Shown piece by piece: positions 61,661 to 64,000 of a DNA stretch of 64,000 nucleotides. The notes under the pieces were generated by a model. The model was given only the letters and a program-made list of their open reading frames with translations, searched no databases and was not told the origin of the DNA. Every line of letters starts with the position of its first letter. The stretch's first letter is position 1. The translations under genes and the position numbers were made by a program. The DNA comes from Botryllus schlosseri (Eukaryota), in the NCBI GenBank assembly GCA_051294905.1, contig CM119382.1:11532001-11596000 (forward strand). Reading direction: 5' to 3'.

Positions 61661-64000
61661 TAGGGTTGTTCAGAATTGATCGACTTTCAAAATGTCGTGG
61701 TTTTCAGTCCGATTCCCATGCCTTATACCATAAAAACATATTCTAGGTACTTTTTTTCGTAATTCATCCCTTGCATCCGTGTGCACATTGAGCTGGAATA
61801 ATATCGGCTAAAAATAGTGGATTCCCCTAAAATTTGAGTGTCGCTATTCGGACTAGGCTAGTAAAACGTCATATATAAGCTGGTTTTATGTAGCTATTGC
61901 GGTTGGAGTGCTACATAACCTCACTATAGAAAGTATTGTCAGTTCAGGACACCATTTTCATGTCCCACACTGCCTTAGAACTCCTCAAAACTGCCTAAGA
62001 CTGATAGTCATTTTGTTGGATCACCTATCCTACACTCCTCAACCCTACCCGAGATTGTTCATCAATTGCCGGGATCACCACGTGCAAGAATACAACTGTA
62101 AATGTATCATTCACTCACAGCCACATTATAAACATCACATTGTTCAAAGGAAACGAAACAAAAAGGCAAAGAAACAGATCAACTTGGCAAATACTACTTA
62201 AATCAGGTCCGGATGAAATGGTTGCTTTAGAGAAATCGGCATATCTGTTCCCGTTATCTTCCACGGCTTGTAAGAGGCTCGCTCGCTGTTCTTTGTCATC
62301 TGTTTTGAAAGCATCAAAGTCGGTATTCAATTTCACCAAACGCTCTGCTGCGCCGTTAACTATTTCAACGCTACTCACAAATTCTTGAGCAGTCACGAAA
62401 TGCGAATCAGTATGCCATTCCGAAACTGGAAGACTAAACCAATCATGTTCGACATGTATAGCATTGGATAGAAACCATGATTCCGGTTCAATTAAAGCAA
62501 CCATACTCATTGACTCAGAGACAGAGTCAGAGATTAGACTCAGAGGTATAGCCTACCTCTGCGAAATTGTTCAAGGATTGGCATTTGCAGCAATTTAGCA
62601 GCCATCGCTTCCTTCACTTTGTCAGGAATCTTTGGTTTAGCCGAGAACATTGTTGATACCACCGTTTCCTCGGTGAGATGCCAATGATGTTCTCGCATCT
62701 TTTTATATGCCCCATCAGCAACTGTGAAATCGCACAATGAAAAGTCTGTCATGCCATGAAGGAATTTGAGATCAATATACTGTGCGTCACATGTATTACC
62801 AGTTTTCAACCAAGCTGGGACATAAAACAGGGCAACTTTCTAATGAACTCTTCAGAATAGCCCATTTGCTCTCTCCACATGAACATTTTTGACAGTACAG
62901 CACTTGACTCATCCACCCAGTGCTATTAGTAGCACCAGGCTTGCGAAAACGATTATCAATATATTGGGCAGCTACAATCGCCAAGGTGCCTGTTGCACAT
63001 TTTCTGTAGGCATTTATTATCAAGACTTCTTTCTGCTTTCCATTATATGGCTTCATCAGTGGAATTATTTCTTGCTTAGCTTCATCAGCTTTGATCGCCA
63101 ACCAGCTGCATTCATCAAACTGAAGTGTTTTAGAGCTTCTTAATTGATCAATATCTTTCCACTTCTTGGAAGGTATTAAAATCTGTGTTTTCAGGGCCTG
63201 TGGTCGCAGATCCAAACACACTTCACTTCCAGACCTCCCCGGATGACTAGTTCATAAATATGATGGCGACAAGCAGAAGTAGAAAGTAGAAAACTTTCCT
63301 GTTTATCAATTCTTCAAGTAACTAAAACCGCACCTTTATTTTTTCCATTGTTTGAGGGTGTTGTGTCAAACACAAGAGCTCTGGTATTATTTGTTAAATT
63401 ATAAAGTTCCAGCAGTTCAAATGACAGATCAGCCTGTGCTTTTCCTGTAACACTCTCCAGAGTTCGATTGCCAAGAAGTTTGCCTTTCTCAAATGCGTTG
63501 GAATACGCAGACTATGCCAGCACTGCCAAGGCCTCAAATTTCCCTCCGAAACGACTTCTAGTGAGCTTTGCATCCCAGTGCAATGCAATGTGCCAAGTTG
63601 ATCTGTTTCTTTGCCTTTTTGTTTCGTTTCCTTTGAACAATGTGATGTTTATAATGTGGCTGTGAGTGAATGATACATTTACAGTTGTATTCTTGCACGT
63701 GGTGATCCCGGCAATTGATGAACAATCTCGGGTAGGGTTGAGGAGTGTAGGATAGGTGATCCAACAAAATGACTATCAGTCTTAGGCAGTTTTGAGGAGT
63801 TCTAAGGCAGTGTGGGACATGAAAATGGTGTCCTGAACTGACAATACTTTCTATAGTGAGGTTATGTAGCACTCCAACCGCAATAGCTACATAAAACCAG
63901 CTTATATATGACGTTTTACTAGCCTAGTCCGAATAGCGACACTCAAATTTTAGGGGAATCCACTATTTTTAGCCGATATTATTCCAGCTCAATGTGCACA
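61661..64000 (-). mobile_element. DNA transposon with long perfect inverted arms (right end beyond window)
   Basis: Starts TAGGGTTGTTC, interrupting the end of an AAGTAG MITE (61536-61660); 61780-62189 is the exact reverse complement of 63591-64000. Confidence 0.85.
62190..63590 (-). pseudogene. Decayed hAT-like (probably hATm-type) DDE transposase
   Basis: LHWDAK (about 63572), FDTTPSNNG, ACRHHIYELVI (63260), PGA..., HWHLTEE and VNGAAERLVKL (62341-62360); at least two in-frame stops plus frameshifts. Confidence 0.85.

Noticed and set aside
61908-63872. Duplicated His-rich ORFs (61908-62201 plus, 63558-63872 minus)
   Set aside because: They are mirror images produced by the inverted arms; no start codon context or family motif.

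Overview
This is eukaryotic genomic DNA from a non-vertebrate chordate, most likely an ascidian. That assignment is inferred from a Ripply gene, a thyroid-peroxidase-type gene, GT-AG introns as short as 60 nt and a very high MITE load. Four host genes were rebuilt by splicing by hand. (1) Ripply, minus strand, 2 exons, 18065-19560, about 270 aa. (2) An unassigned type-I membrane protein, plus strand, 6 exons, 29225-38006, about 523 aa, with a CUB-like ectodomain, S/T stalk, juxtamembrane CxxC, one TM helix and an 11-tyrosine tail. (3) An intronless CFAP97-domain gene, minus strand, 42636-43226. (4) The first 9 exons of a TPO-like peroxidase, plus strand, 46661-60283, continuing past the window. 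The rest is transposon-rich. The first 8 kb is a five-layer nest: a LINE inserted antisense into a sister LINE and then split by hAT MITEs, a TA-TSD MITE and tRNA-SINEs. TPO intron 3 holds a 4.8-kb CACTG-ended (EnSpm/CACTA-type) element carrying a decayed spliced gene in the sense orientation. TPO intron 9 holds a decayed hAT-like transposase between perfectly identical inverted arms of at least 410 bp. Family assignments come from recalled motifs; no database search was run.
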